From positions 13,516,001 through 13,580,000 of the forward strand of contig OZ116699.1 in assembly GCA_964199315.1 (NCBI GenBank): DNA of 64,000 nucleotides, given 5' to 3'. The position numbers and the translations under genes were made by a program. Positions 47,354 to 61,286 of this stretch are shown one piece after another. Positions within the stretch are counted from its first letter, which is position 1; every line of letters begins with the position of its first letter. This DNA is from Orbicella franksi. Lineage: Eukaryota. The notes beneath the pieces were generated by a model. It was not told where the DNA came from and made no database searches. It saw only the letters and a list, made by a program, of their open reading frames with translations.

Positions 47354-50300
47354 TCTGACGTTTTTTCAGGTTGGACCCCTGTACAAGAAAGGAGAGAATT
47401 TACAACAGCTGTAGTGAACACTGCCTACCCCCACACATATGAACCCGCAAGCTTATTATCAGATGTAGAGTTGAATTAGGCCTTGCTATTACCAGAATGC
47501 AAATCAAGATGCTTGTTTGTTTTTCTTGTCTCTTTTGATTGAACGGACAAAAGAATACAACTCCGAGGCACAAATGAAATATGGTGACGTTTTGATGACG
47601 TCAAAAATTAAACTTAATCTTTCGCTGCCGTAACACAAGCTAGCACTTACGGTCTCTCCACAAAGCACACGCTTGTACAAGATTCCCTTCTGTCTGTCTT
47701 AATCGCGTCTTGAGGTCACTGTAGTTTCGTGATTGTACGGAAGATAGCTCACTGTTGAGGAGAACACAAAATTAGTTCTTCGACCACTTGTATTTGGACA
47801 CATGTCAGATCATGTCAGATTTGAAATCAAGACAGTTCATTGTGACCTTTGTGTTTGATTGTCCGTGATGACCTCGAAAATAGCGACAACTGAAAGCCGA
47901 AAATGATCCGATTTATCCGTGTTGTACACACAGCCTGCAGGCTTGCGCCAGGCGGACGAACTGTAAGATGACCGCCATCCGACGCATTACGTCTTTTTGA
48001 CGTTCCTAGAGCACAAAAATGCAGCTGTTTTGAGTGTTATGGTGGCGTTTTACGTCCCGCAAAAATGTTATTATGACTACAAAGACAACTTATTTCAAGC
48101 CACTTAAAAATGACCGTAGATTTGGCTAATTAGCCTCCCGGCCGCGCGCTGGAGACACCCACGCTTAAATTCAGTCGCAACGAAACACTCAAAATTTGCC
48201 TCTCTTTCTACATGATAATGTGAGAAATGATTAAAATGTGACAGGTTTAATCACTAAAAATAATATTTGCTTCGCTACATGTAGCAGCAGTACTTATATC
48301 TCTATTTGGATTCACAGCTGCTATGTGTCTTAACAAGCTAAAGCTTAAAACCACGCGGCCAAGAAATATGTTCATGACAGCGTCTGGGGTGGAGAAAGAT
48401 CGAAAACTCCCTACCGTCTTCCTCGGCTGTGGTCTTATGTGTGTAATAAGATGGATTTTATCAATACCCTGCTATCGTGCGTACTCGGGAAAGTGAGTTA
48501 AGAAACCGGCAGTAGACTTCAACCCAGCTGCGAGGTTAATCGCTGGATATATGGTCTCTCTCGAGTGAAATCCTCTTAGAACTGACCTCTTTTCAAGTTG
48601 CCTCGCTGATTTAAAACTGACGCGCGCCAGACAATCAGCGGAATAGGGGAAGGGAGGCCTGTAATTATATGATAAAATAGATATTTTGCGATAAAATAGC
48701 GAGATGTCCTGCTAGAAAAATATTGAATCCTTTGAATTGACCGTTACGCCGTGTAAGGGGTTGAATGATAACATTGTTGACAATCTTGGTTACTTCTGTT
48801 CGCAGTATCAAGGATTTGCAAAGAGTTATTTATGGTATTCATATCGATAAAGGAAATCGTTGACCAAAGATATCGTCGAGACATATGCCGGGAAAGAAAC
48901 TTTAGCCAAAAAATAATACTTCACAGCTTGAATTTTGTCCAGATAAAACAATGAAGGTCAGCTGAGACTGGGGAATCACATTTGTGAGAACGTGTCAATC
49001 GCTGTATATAGAGAAATGCTTGTCAAAGCAATACAAAGTGTTTTAGTTTTCAGGAATTGTAGCTAACAGTGTTATGAGAGAGAGGAGTATTCCACCAGTT
49101 GCTAAAAAAGTTCATCTTGCTTTACTCTACATCTTTCAAATAAACCGTCTAAGTATCATGCATAGTTTTTGCGTGCCTTACACATGATGACTATTTTTGG
49201 TAACCTTTTCTGGAAACCAAAGGCCGTTATTTTGGCAATTAACTGTTGACATAATTATGAAACGGTGATCTTTCATCAATACTTATCGAAGTCTGCAAAG
49301 TGGAGTAAAGAACAATTCCAGGCAATTATCACTTGTTCGCAGATGCAACGCAAATTTTTTAAGAAACCAATTTTCCTGTAATATAATTATCATTTTAATT
49401 ATTAAAATAAGCTAACCCGCATTTGTTTAAATCCCTATAAGCCATGAGTTTTTATTCATTTTATTCCTCATTATTTCAAGAGTCGAAACGCAACCTACCT
49501 GAAATTGTAGTCAGAAGACTTTTCTCACATAACATCCGTAAAATGTTTCTTTAACTCTTAGCTAGCCTTTAACGGTTTTATTTAATAGTATAAAGGCAAA
49601 AGTAATGACGGTTGTTTTTCATTTTGACTTTTTTTTTTTGAGAAATGTGAGTACTTAGCAAAATAGGCGAGCTGGAATGAATGCTTTTAAAAGGGATTTA
49701 AAAAATCTCACGTGCATTTTGAACAAGAATGAACGCATTCTTTGTGTTGTCTGATCCTTGGCTAATTTGTACGCGTGGTTTAGCTTGTGGTTTTCATTAG
49801 ACGAGAGCCATTTCTAAACTATTAATCCTATGGAGTATCGTCATTGGCGGCCAATGTATTTTATATTTGTAGGTTTGAACCTGCTCTCGTTAAAAAATAT
49901 ATTTGCCGTAGTAAATTGCACCACATTTTATGCGTGTGGAAGAAGTTGCGCTTCTGAGGCGTATACCAGACTTATAGTCTGACGTATATCACGAGAATGA
50001 AAGATAACAGCAATATCCACCTGGTTGTCACAAATGGTATCTGCTCCCAGCCTCTTGTTTGTTATGATCCGGTTGTAGCGTTTGTTTTTTTCGTTGTAAT
50101 GTTTTCACCGCATGCAGCTGATGTGTTTTCTTTCTCAATTAGGAACTGTTTGTGGTCCAATTAATTTTTAAAGAAAGTCCACCGAGAGATGACCACAATA
50201 TCCATGAATATCCATGAATTTCAGTCAAACAGGAACAGACCAGAAAGCTTACGAAACCAATGTACGTTTTAAAAGTTAGCAAACTTCACGGATTCCTACT

Positions 50301-53300
50301 AGTCTGATTTGATGTGTCTTCAACTTTATATTGAAACTTCCCTTCTGTGGTCTTTAATACTGAGAATAATTGAACGTCCTTACCGTTGAAACGCATATCC
50401 TGATACACTCACTAACCTTCAATATCTTCTTAATTTCTTTATGCACTGTTAATGTACTTTTCAACTTCTCCACTAATGGCTTTGACGGAATTGTGTTAGC
50501 TGCGCAGTGCTGTTTCACGAATGAAGCATTGACCGGCGACAAGAACACAGAACAATAATAAACTTCTGCTGTGCATTCACGTGCGTAGAAGTGACAGGTG
50601 GGCGGGGAGTATTTCCTGTGACAACTCAGTGCCAAAACCGCGAGGAAAAAATCAATGTTAGATACCGGTAATCCTTCCGCAGAGTCACGTACGATCATAC
50701 AGAAGTAATGAAAAATGTTGACAAAAGAAATGATCGTGCTCGTTGAGTACATATATGTTTTGCGATAGATCACGGAATTTTGCGTTTTTTTTAAGAGTAA
50801 TTGATTGAGTTTTAAAATCCCCAAGCCTGTAAACGCTGCGTGGTGATATCGGCCTCCTCTTTCCGTCAAGGACGTCTGCAATCTGAAGTGATTTGGACAC
50901 GATCGACGAAGCAAGTTAATCTGTTTTAGAATTAAGATCTTTCTAGTCGAACAACTGGCCGTTAAAAGGTATTAATGTTAAGATGGCGCATGGTTCTTGG
51001 AATAACGTGCAAGAAATCGAGAGTAAAAATCGTGCAAAGTGTCGAAGTTACTTGCATGCACTTGGAGAGAACTGGAAAATACACCTCAACAAGGGTGAGA
51101 TAAGCAACGGTAGGTTAATTACTGATAACAATTTCGGTCTGACTGGGCTCATAAAAAATATTCTGTCGATTAAAGAAGATGGATAAAACGGTTTTTATGT
51201 AAGCTCATGTTTTGACCAACAGCTACGATTTGAGGATTTATTTCATAATCAAAGCTGCTCAGTGCGGCTATGGATAGCAGAATGTGTCCGAAACAAAGAA
51301 GTCGTAATCAGACTTAATGTGGAAGTATATAACAACTTTTTACTACATGTAGCCAAAGCCAAGACATCTTTGAATCAATCGTTTCTAACACACAGAACAT
51401 AATTTAGTCGTGATATTTGATTACGACCCCAACAACTTCTGACTGGCACAAAAGAAAAACGTTCTCTTTGGGTGATTTATAACAGCATTTTCCCATGCAA
51501 ATCCCGGCAACGCTCTATCAAGAGAAAGACCACTGCAAGGTTTAGAATTTTGAATAGTAGCAGTGCTTCAAAAGGGTCCCTGGTGGAGACGCCACATGAT
51601 AGTGAAACAGTCATCGAATCTTAACCTTATTCCAAACTAAACAAATAAAAACTGGCCATGATAAGGATTCTACAATCATTGCTCGAGATTGATTACGATG
51701 ATTAGAAAACAACTTTCAAGAGATCGTAGTTAAGAGTCTGATCTTAAGATAGGAAGTTGATTAAGTGTGATCCTAACGGTGTTATAGCTAGAATGCGCCG
51801 TTAGATGTCGAGGAAAATACCAGAAAATAGCAATGATAATCAAGCTATGACAAGGGCCTTCTTGTAAGTCTGTGGTTCAGTGAAAAGAAATTGGTCATGC
51901 CCACTGATTTGATCGTAAAACCAATTAAGAGTTATTTTCATCGAGATGGGATGAAATGCGAAGCAAAAATGTCCAAGTCTTAGGATTAGCCATGCAGTTG
52001 ATCTTTTTCCGATTGAATAGATATTACCAGGAGTTCTTTCACAGCTACCTCCTAACTTCATATGTCAGGGTCACGTGACGGATTCCCGCAAAAGGTTTAA
52101 AAGAATCGAACTCTTCGGCTGTACTTTGCAAACTCGGATCAAACAGATTAGAGTCCTCGATATCTAATTGGCTAACGAAGAACAATAGAGGTAGTTTCTA
52201 CGGCATTTTTTTTAAAAAACAGTTTCAATTTCAACGCCGGACCGTCAGCCATTTTGGATTTGAGTCCGTTCCAAGAAGACGGCTTGGAAGACTCGTTTCA
52301 ACGCTATTAAAGTGAAACTGATTTGGTCAAATGTTTCTAGATAAGTTTGATGACCGAGTTTGTGACTAAACGTGGGATATCACTCGAAAAGTCAGATCCG
52401 GGCAATTATCAAGGCCACTAGTCAAGTACCACATTATCTCCGCTTTACAACGTTTCGCTTACATCAAAGACGGTTCGTTGCCGGCATTGTAAAGTTCGTT
52501 GTCTTATGATAAAAACTACCCAATTAATAATACCTTACAACGTACAGCATAAAATGGCCTCCTTTAGGGCATAAATGATAGCCAAGCTTCTTACTATAAA
52601 GATGGGCTGAAATTAAAATATTGCACATGTTTCTTAGACATTTAAGAGTTGTGGAAATATAGCGGTGAATATAGCCTAAGGGCTGACGAATCAAACTCAG
52701 TAAGATGGTCGCTTGAGATCAAAGCTGAATCCGTTATGACGGCGGGCACGCTTGTTCGGCATTATTATCAAGATTGGATGATAAAATCCCTCCAAAGTTC
52801 GTCTGTTAAGTATAAAATCGCCTTTAATTTGACTAAAGAAACTTTTTCCCCACCGAACTCATAACCATCTTGAAGATTAACGTTCTTAAAAACTATTTTT
52901 GCTAGCCTTAGGGATGGAGGTACATAAACATAACCAAACATGTCAAGTGGTCTCTTCCGCCTGATAGCGGTGTATTTGCATATAAAGGGTACCGCTGTGT
53001 TATTTAAAGCTCACACAGGAAGGTAGTCTAGAGGTCCTTGCAAATTAAAGGTCGTAAATTTGAAAGAGTATCAACTGTGTCCCGTACCCTAAAAGTGGAA
53101 TGGACAGTAAAGAACACTAAAAAGAGATTCCTTTTGTAAATGGATCGATTCTCTTAAATCTTCTATGAAAAAGCACGTTTTCTAATTTGAAAATGTATCA
53201 ATATTACTTTAGCTGGGTCAACTATTAGGAAGAGCCCGGCCAATGAAAAATATTGCACTATGTCAAGATCAATTTAAAAAGCAAATATGTAAAATGTTAA

Positions 53301-55102
53301 GTACTCACCTGCTAGCACGATCATGCTGTAAAGGTTTAAGCTCTTTCGAACGATAAACTTTGAAACAAAACCAAAATAAGGGGAAGAACTCTGATGAACG
53401 CTCTTTGAGTAGAACTGAGTAATAATAAAGTAATGTATAATAATGAAGAATTTCCAAAACATTCCGAGCTTTATCCCGAATGTTTTTTGTAACCTGTGAG
53501 GTGCGTTGTTAACGTACCCGAAAACTTTTTGCACTGCACGGACCTATTACCAGTTTTTCTGCAGTAAATTTGTCCAAACTCACGACTTCGGTTTACTTTG
53601 ATTCGAGGGAAAAAACTCTGTTCTTCCGAAACAGCGTTCAATAAGGCCGTCGTCCCCCGCTAACCCTAAATTATTTTGTAGTTAATGTAAATTATTACTG
53701 ACTGCAGCTTTAGCGCAGAAACTAACTGACTTGAAACATTATTCAAGACAACCCTATACTGTATGAAGTATACTTTTCTATATTTCAAACAGTTTTATGC
53801 AGATTCATGGGGCTTCATGACGTTTATACCCGGCTGACGCTCTATTGAACAGACTTCTATCCATGCATATTGACATCTCGAGTGTTTTACTATTAAATTG
53901 TAGAATACTGACCTGGGGTAGTAGAAGTTAAGTAGCTTGAAACAGATTTAGAAAATCCACTGCTATTAACAAATCGTAAGACCTCGTGGCGAAATCAATT
54001 AACATGCCTCAACTTGTAACACTATATAATGCAACAGAGTCCTGGGCTCTACAGTACACGTGTCACGATGAGAACAGGTGAAAAGTGAAACTGAAAAAAA
54101 AAAAAAAAAGAAAACATGATCTGATGATCGAGTCAGTCGATTTTTTTTTTTGAAACTTCTGAAGTTCATTAATTGGTTAGAAATAATAACAACAAACAAT
54201 AGAGTCGTTACTATACAGTATGAGCAATAACAGCATGGAGGAAAATTTCTTTCACCTTTAACGGGCGACTGACCGTGCACACAGATATTGACACTTCGTA
54301 CTACGATTCTCCCATTCAGTTTATTAAATACCGTGCTCCATCGTCATAACGAAACGCATGGTAAGACTTATATTTACAAAAGAAATTCATTAAACGCTGC
54401 CTATGGTAAAATGTATTCACAATATCTGGCTAAAACGTAACAGATAGGCCGCTGGTTTTCCCTAAATTGGCCTATTTCTACGCTTTTATTTGTTTACCAG
54501 CCAATCAAAATAAATTGTATTACTATCTACTCTCACCGCCAACAGATGCAAAGCCAACACCAAATTTTGTTGCCTACGTTGTCTTGGCCAATCAGATTAC
54601 ACCTGTTTTCTGATTGGCTGCTGTAGATGGCTTTGTGATTGGCTTTATAACTTATCACGTGAACCAAACGCCATTGGATAAACTACTACTTGTTAATAAC
54701 CTAATGAACCTGTTTTTCAGCTCTAACACGGCGAAATGTAAGAAACAGTCTAACACAAGTACTCGATCAACAGTTTAGACCATGCCGTAATAATATCAGG
54801 GGACTTAAAGTTTGAGTAAGAGTGCGACTTTTCAATTCTAGTTTGCAGACTTCACATTTTCACGTCACATACCCATCTCATCCCATGAGCGACCCTCTCA
54901 ACTTGAAACTAACACGAGGAGCAAGGGCTCTGGAAAGATCACTGATTTGAAATTTGTAAATCGTTCTTGTACTCTTAGTCCAATCTAAAGATCGTAATGA
55001 CTGACCAACTCAACAAGATCTTAAGGAGAGTGAGCGGATCTACACAGGTTAACAAGTTACTGTAACATAACCTACAGCTAACAAAAGATAAACACGGTAA
55101 TG

Positions 55103-55267
55103 CAGTTGAACCTCCTCAATACGGTCACAAAAGGAGCTCTCCTGAGTGTCAGTATTGTGGAGGTAGAAATTATATGTGAGATGTAGTTACTCTGGAAGCA
55201 AGTGTGACCTGGCTGCAATATAAAAGTGTCCATCGGGTGGGGCTGGCTGTAAGAAGAGGTTCGACTG
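55103..55267. mobile_element. Tc1/pogo-like MITE
   Basis: CAGTTGAACCTC ... GAGGTTCGACTG ends; right flank TA. Confidence 0.55.
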
Positions 55268-55888
55268 TAGGCTGATTTGCCTTCACCCATGATTAAGGGT
55301 ATCATCAAGCTTAAACTGGTAGCGGTGCCAAGTTGTCATTTAGTTTCTTCCCTAAGTCTAGAAAGCAATTGACACTTACATAAGTTGATGGAGTAAGACT
55401 ACATAACACAGCCGAGAAATCTAACAGTTGAAAACACCCCAGTTTTAAATCCCCACTACATATGTGTAAATCTACTTTTTACAATAATTTAAATAATAAA
55501 AAAAATTGACATTCAGGAATAAAATTAAAATCTGACTCAAACTGGAACTTTCCATGACATTATGTCACTTTGCCTATTTTTGCCAAATGATGCTTCCCAT
55601 TATGGAAAAAATAAATGTTTGCACAGTCACGCAAAAGCTCTTGATAAAAGCTGTTGAATGAATCGTAAGATAAAAACAAGAAGCATATTATCAATTAATC
55701 ACTCAATAAAATATCCGCATAGACATTTGTACTCTGAGGTAAAGAATCTTGCTTTTCCAGTGGCAGGCATAATGTGTAATAAAGTCAGCAACTCTTTATC
55801 CAAACACACTCCGTTGAGCTGATTCATCAGTCCATTCCTTGTGACATTTTATTCAAACTGTTTAAAACTCTGTGCTGCGCTGTATCTC

Positions 55889-58800
55889 TCATAGCTCTAA
55901 AGGATTTGTCAGCAATGGTGTTCTCTCCCCTCCATTGGCATTTCCGTTTTCATTTTCATGCCTGCAGTTACGCTGACATATGGGGCATGTTTCTTTAATT
56001 TCCATCCACTTCATAATACATCTGAAAAATTGTAACAACCGTGTGTAGTAAATTAATATATTTGTTCAGTAGTTTCAATCTGTTTATGTCAGTGGTGATT
56101 TTGGTTAATTCCCATTCCCACCTTAAGACATGTACAAGTTCACAAATAGATCATATTGATTTCATATTCCAGTATTGAATAGACAGTTAACATGTTTCTA
56201 TTCTTGTTGCGACTCTATTCAGACTGCTATTGATTCATTTTGGGAGGTTACAGTTGAGCAATTTGCCAAATGCAGATCATTGCATGGGAGTATGTGCAAA
56301 CAGAACAATAATATTTATTTATTTGTAACCTCCCAAAAGAATCATCAAATGATTTGAATTGGGAGGCGACAAGCTAGGATGTAAATACATTAGTCAAAAC
56401 TACCACATTATCACTCCCGGTTTAGACTCAGTTGAGAGCTACAGTTCCACTCCAAAACCGAAAATACAAAAATGGTCAGTTGGTTCCATGGACAGAGCAG
56501 GGTAGGAGGACAATGTCTGCTGTAGTGCTATTGTTTTAAGAAACTGGACAGGGTTTCTGATTGGATTTCACACCTAACATTTGTTTTAAAAAGCAAGGTC
56601 TCTGAAATCCCAGGTTTTGCAGGAGCATCTTCTCCAATTTTCCTTGTTATTCATTGACGCCTCTACACTTACATGGAGCCCCTTGCAGAAATCAATGTGA
56701 ATATGATATTAACCAGCTGCACAGTGTGATCAAGAACCTTTATTGACTCACTTGTGATGATAAGCATGTCCACATCTACAAATGCTGATTTCCTCCTTGT
56801 TTTGAAAATCATCCAAGCATATTGCACATGTCTAAGAAACAAAATACAATATTGATGGGCTTTATGCAAAGTGATTGTGAGAATAATAAGTCCTCAAATA
56901 TATGCACAAACAAAGAAAAATTGTAACTAGTTATGTTTAATCAATTCATATATATATTTCTCATATATTTTGCGCAGTGAAAATAGCAGTTCATATATGG
57001 TGTGATTGTCTGGGTGAGGGTAGTTCTGAAAAGGGCTGTAAGTTGTACGTTGGTGACTGGAGACAATTCAACAACAGGAGTGGGGGTCATCTGCAGAGTC
57101 AACTGAAAAGTGTTTGTCAGTCGACGGTGTTACAACATAGCACTTGCATGCAGAAACTCAAAATAATCTTTTAGCTGCCATTGTAGCCCAGTTCAAAGAA
57201 CCTAATCAAATGTGCTGATCCCTACAATGAATACAGTATTGCAGAAGTTTGGTTTGGCAGTTTATCTTGGTACAGTAAATGACACAAACTTCAATTTCAA
57301 CAGTGGCTGTTGGAGTGGCAACTTCATAATCAGTGGCTAAACTTAATGCATCAGTTTGACAAAATTTCTGATTCTCCTCAAATCTACTATATATTTATTT
57401 ACTTTTTACATTAGAGTGAAGATTTGAGCACTTACATCATTCTTTAGAGAAACTTTCTTTAGCCATTTCCTCCTGTAGTTTCCCTTGAAAATAGCAAAAT
57501 AAACCAAAAATATAATATTATTACAGATTCTTTTTGCAATTTTTAAAACTGTAATTCATGACAGTACATCAAAAATGTTCAAAATTTCCCTTGGCTTAAA
57601 ACTTAGGTCCGAGTCACCCTGGCTGAGTTAACTTTTAGTTTAGTTCTTTGCAAAATTCAACTAATCTTTTAGATTAGGATTGCGAACTCATCTCCGGGGG
57701 GTGAGACAACTCGGGTGGGTGAGTTGTCTTGCCTCGGCAGGTAGGGTAACCCTGGTAGGTGGGACAACTTTTTTCATATAAATGCCGTAGCTTGCCCAAC
57801 CGGGACAACTCTTGTCATGGCGAGTGTCACGTAACGCCTAGGTTTAGGATTTAAAGCAGAAATTTGTATCAATGAAGTGAAAATTAGCTCAGCAAAACCC
57901 ACTGTGATCCAATGACCGAGGAAAATTCAAAGAAAGAGGGATATTTACACATTTGATTATTCAATAGGGGTTAAGAATAATCATGCAAGGTCAACTTTCA
58001 CTTGACCTGCAGGGATTAGGTTTTCAAATATAAATGCTTGATAAAGTTGCCTCTGGGGGAGGGTTGTCTCGGGTACCTGACACCATATAACTGGGGCCTT
58101 ACACAATATTTCCAAGCAAGCAATGCAAGACAAAAAGATATTTTAAGAAGGAACACTATACATTTTTCTCTTCCCGATATCATCTCCACCCTCAGATGTA
58201 TCCGATCTCTACATTGCATTCCTTTTCATGCCAGCCTGTGGCAGCTGCTATCCTGGCAAATTCACTACCAATTTGCAGCTACATGTACTGTCTCATTTGG
58301 TGATGATCAAAAAATAAGGCCTCAGAGTTTCGAAAGCAAGTTCCCTTTTATACAACTGTTAATAGCGTTTTCTAGAACTTTTCAAAATGAGTACTGATAG
58401 TAATCTCATAGAATTACCCGTCTTAGGCCATCATATTCAATTCTTCTTGAAGATTCTACATCTGCACTCAACTCATCGCTGGTCCTTGAAAGAACAAAAT
58501 ATTACATTTCAAGTCTGTGATGAATACCATTTGAATACAATTTTTCCCTCTTTTAACAAGACCCTTTCAAAATACTGCCATGCAACTTTTTTTCGCTAAC
58601 TTTAGTTAATTTCTCATCTGATATTAACCACATGACAATTTACCTGCCAAGTTTTGCTATTGTGACATGACTCCAATTTATCACACAAATTCACTTTGCA
58701 ATACAGCTACTAATTAACCCTTTAAACAGACACTAGAGAGGCATGTAGGTGTCCATGTAATACAGGTAGAGAATACAGTAAATCCACAAATTAGTGCCCC

Positions 58801-59605
58801 CCCCCCCCTCGAATAAGCGCCCCCTTCAAAAAAGTGCCCCTCCTACTGGCAAAAATTACAAATAAGCACCCCCCTCGAATAAGCGCCCCCTCCCCTCCCC
58901 CAATTTTGTGGATGCGCAATGAGACAAAGGATGTGTAGTTTTCATCGTGTAGTATTAGATTTGTGCATTGTCTCAATTTGTGAAAATGTTAAGTTTGGAA
59001 AAAAATTACTGTACAAGTACTAACAGAGCCATGATTTAAACTTAACTTTAGGATCAGCTTTTTATGTGGATAAACATCGAATAAACAGCTTATGTTGTTG
59101 TTTACGCCCAGATGATGTATTTAAAAAAAAAAGATCATGTCAGGCCATGATTTGGGAAAAATTAAATAAGCGCCCCCCCCCCCCCCTCCCTCCCTCGAAT
59201 AAGTGTCCCGTGTCTTCTTCTAAAATTAAAATAAGCACCCCGGGCACTAATTTGTGGCAGAAGTATATTGAGGTCTCCACACTATGGAGGAGTCTGTAAG
59301 AAGTTTTATTCATGATACTTTTATTATTGTATGAGTAATGGTGTAATTGTTGTAGCATTTTTTTTCTATGAATCAGACCAGCTAGAGCAGCCCCAGTGGC
59401 CTTAAAGTGTTCACCTTCAGTTGGTAAATTTACAATCACTGAATACTATCTTACTGCAGATGAAAGTACATACTTAAGTCTCAACTATCCCATACCTTAA
59501 AAGATAACAGCAGAATGCAAAACAAAGTCCAAGAATAAGGAAGCCAATGAAGACAATGGGCAACAAGAATATAGATGGGTCATTAAGATAATCTTCACCA
59601 GTCAT
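55889..59605 (-). CDS. RNF24/RNF122-like transmembrane RING-H2 E3 ubiquitin ligase, 145 aa, 5 coding exons
   Basis: Exons 59496-59605 (MTGEDYLNDPSIFLLPIVFIGFLILGLCFAFCCYLLR, TM helix, in-frame stop upstream), 58418-58484, 57436-57483, 56752-56831 and 55889-56021, all phase-consistent. RING-H2 CAICLDDFQNKEEISICRCGHAYHHKCIMKWMEIKETCPIC. Confidence 0.9.
57001..57130 (+). mobile_element. Degenerate Penelope-like element fragment
   Basis: TGTGATTGTCTGGGTGAGGGTAGTTCTGAAAAGGGCTGT...GGTCATCTGCAGAGTCAACTGAAAAG resembles Penelope terminal sequence as I recall it; short and diverged. Confidence 0.4.
57604..58098. mobile_element. Harbinger-like non-autonomous element (one end clear)
   Basis: Right end reads (minus) TAAGGCCCCAGTTATATGG..GGTACCCGAGACAACCCTCC with repeated GACAACT/AGTTGTC motifs; left end degenerate. 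Confidence 0.4.
58775..59268. mobile_element. pogo/Tigger-like MITE with AATAAGCGCCCC internal repeats
   Basis: Inverted CCACAAATTAGTGCCC / GGGCACTAATTTGTGG near the two ends; several AATAAGC(G/A)CCCC units. Confidence 0.6.
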
Positions 59606-60615
59606 GACCAGTGTTGAATGACAGATTTACCCTGAAATGAAAGATGACCAGTCAAAAATCAGACATAACCAAGCTTGGCAACTTTCGGTGAAGCTTAACT
59701 TTAAACACTTTAACAAAAATTTTCAGATTTTTCCAAATGATTTGTCATGTTCATATTAGGCCATGTTACAACCTGTACCATTTTCTGTTTGTTATTAATT
59801 TATAATAATTATAAAATTCTGGTCATATAGTACATGGTCTTATAAGCTATGCAGACTAGAGTTGTTTTCCACAATGCTATTTTTAAGATATCAAATTACA
59901 CTTAATTAATTTCTAGACTTAAACATTAAAATGACTTTGAAAAGTCATTTCTTGTTTACAAGAAAACAATCAACAACAAAAAGTCATCTTGGAAAGTTGA
60001 AAGTACTTACAATTTATTAGTCAATAAAAATAACCCCATGTGATGTCCCACATGATGTGGGATTCATAAACTTTCAAATTCGTTCTAGTAGCTCCCCTCA
60101 TTTCCGCATCAGGTTATGTAAACATGCCTACATTGTTTCTAGCCTGTTAGAGCTAAGAGCCTGGCATCTCATCCCTCTAGGCCAGGTTGACATTTCACAA
60201 AAAAGAACACCTGTGATTCACAGCTGAGAAAGTATCCCACACTGATAGCTACTGCAATAACTGTTAATAATTTGCACTACATAATTTATTAATGTTTTTG
60301 CTTTACTTGGAACTACCACTGCTGTCAAAGAAACATTAATCCATGTAATGAGTACTAACATTTTACGGACGTGTTTTCATCTCATTAGGAATCCCTTTGT
60401 AAGTTGTGATTTGTAAGTTTGAAAACAAAGGGGGAAAGAACTAATTATGACATATCTGGTTCTCAAAGGTGTCAAAAGACTGACATCAACAAAAACAAAT
60501 TCAATGAATGTCTTTATGCAATAGTTGCAGTGTTGCAGACTTGCATGAGGTTGCTCAATTTTACAACAGTCATGTTTTAGTCTCCCAATAGGACACTTTC
60601 AATATCTTAAAATTT

Positions 60616-60713
60616 AGCTTGATAGTGAGGCTCAGAGGACACAAACAAAGGGAACTGAATGACATGTTTATTCATTTCTTTTGTTTGTGCCCTCTAGGTC
60701 TCGCTATCAAGCT
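60616..60713. repeat. Short palindromic MITE-like repeat
   Basis: AGCTTGATAGTGAG..GAGGACACAAACAAA / TTTGTTTGTGCCCTC..CTCGCTATCAAGCT. Confidence 0.6.
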
Positions 60714-61090
60714 GACTTTTAATATATTGTCAAAGTAAAAAAAAAAAAAAAAATTCAAATTATACAGTTTTTACATAGGGCCAGTATCCTGGTCTAATGT
60801 TAGACTAAAATAACAGATAGTTTTTCATTCACACAAATTAGCTATTTGACCAATCAGCATATTCAATTTCATCCAGTTTAACCAGACTCTGGGCAGATTT
60901 TCATCACCAGCGGGGAATTTTTTAACAGTGCATTGTAGATCATTGAAGATCATCTCTCTTGAGAAATGCCAAACCAGCCAAGAGTGATGAGGCTAATTAA
61001 AATAATCATAAAATGCAGTCGAACAAAAAAATTAATTACAAAACACATGCATCATCTCATTACTTATGTGACCAGATCTTGTGGCCACTA

Positions 61091-61255
61091 CAGTCCAACC
61101 CCTATTAAGCGGCCACCTATTAAACAGCCACTCCAATTACGCGGCCAGTAATTTAAGGGCTTTTCTATTGTTTTTACCTCTATTAAGCGGCCAACCCTTT
61201 TTAAGCGACCACTATCCATTTCCCCAAGGGTGGCTGCTTAATAGAGGTTGAACTG
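61091..61255. mobile_element. Tc1/mariner MITE
   Basis: TA flanks on both sides (61089-61090 and 61256-61257); TIRs CAGTCCAACCCCTATTAAGCGGCCAC / GTGGCTGCTTAATAGAGGTTGAACTG. Confidence 0.75.
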
Positions 61256-61286
61256 TAATTAAATTGAGATATCCTGCAAGAATCAT

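Noticed and set aside
47370-47480. Apparent + strand terminal exon GWTPVQERREFTTAVVNTAYPHTYEP...
   Set aside because: It overlaps the antisense of the smoothelin-like first coding exon and its acceptor, and no upstream partner exons were found.
50354-50914. 186-aa minus-strand ORF
   Set aside because: Non-ATG start, no motif or splice support, and composition typical of random AT-rich frames.
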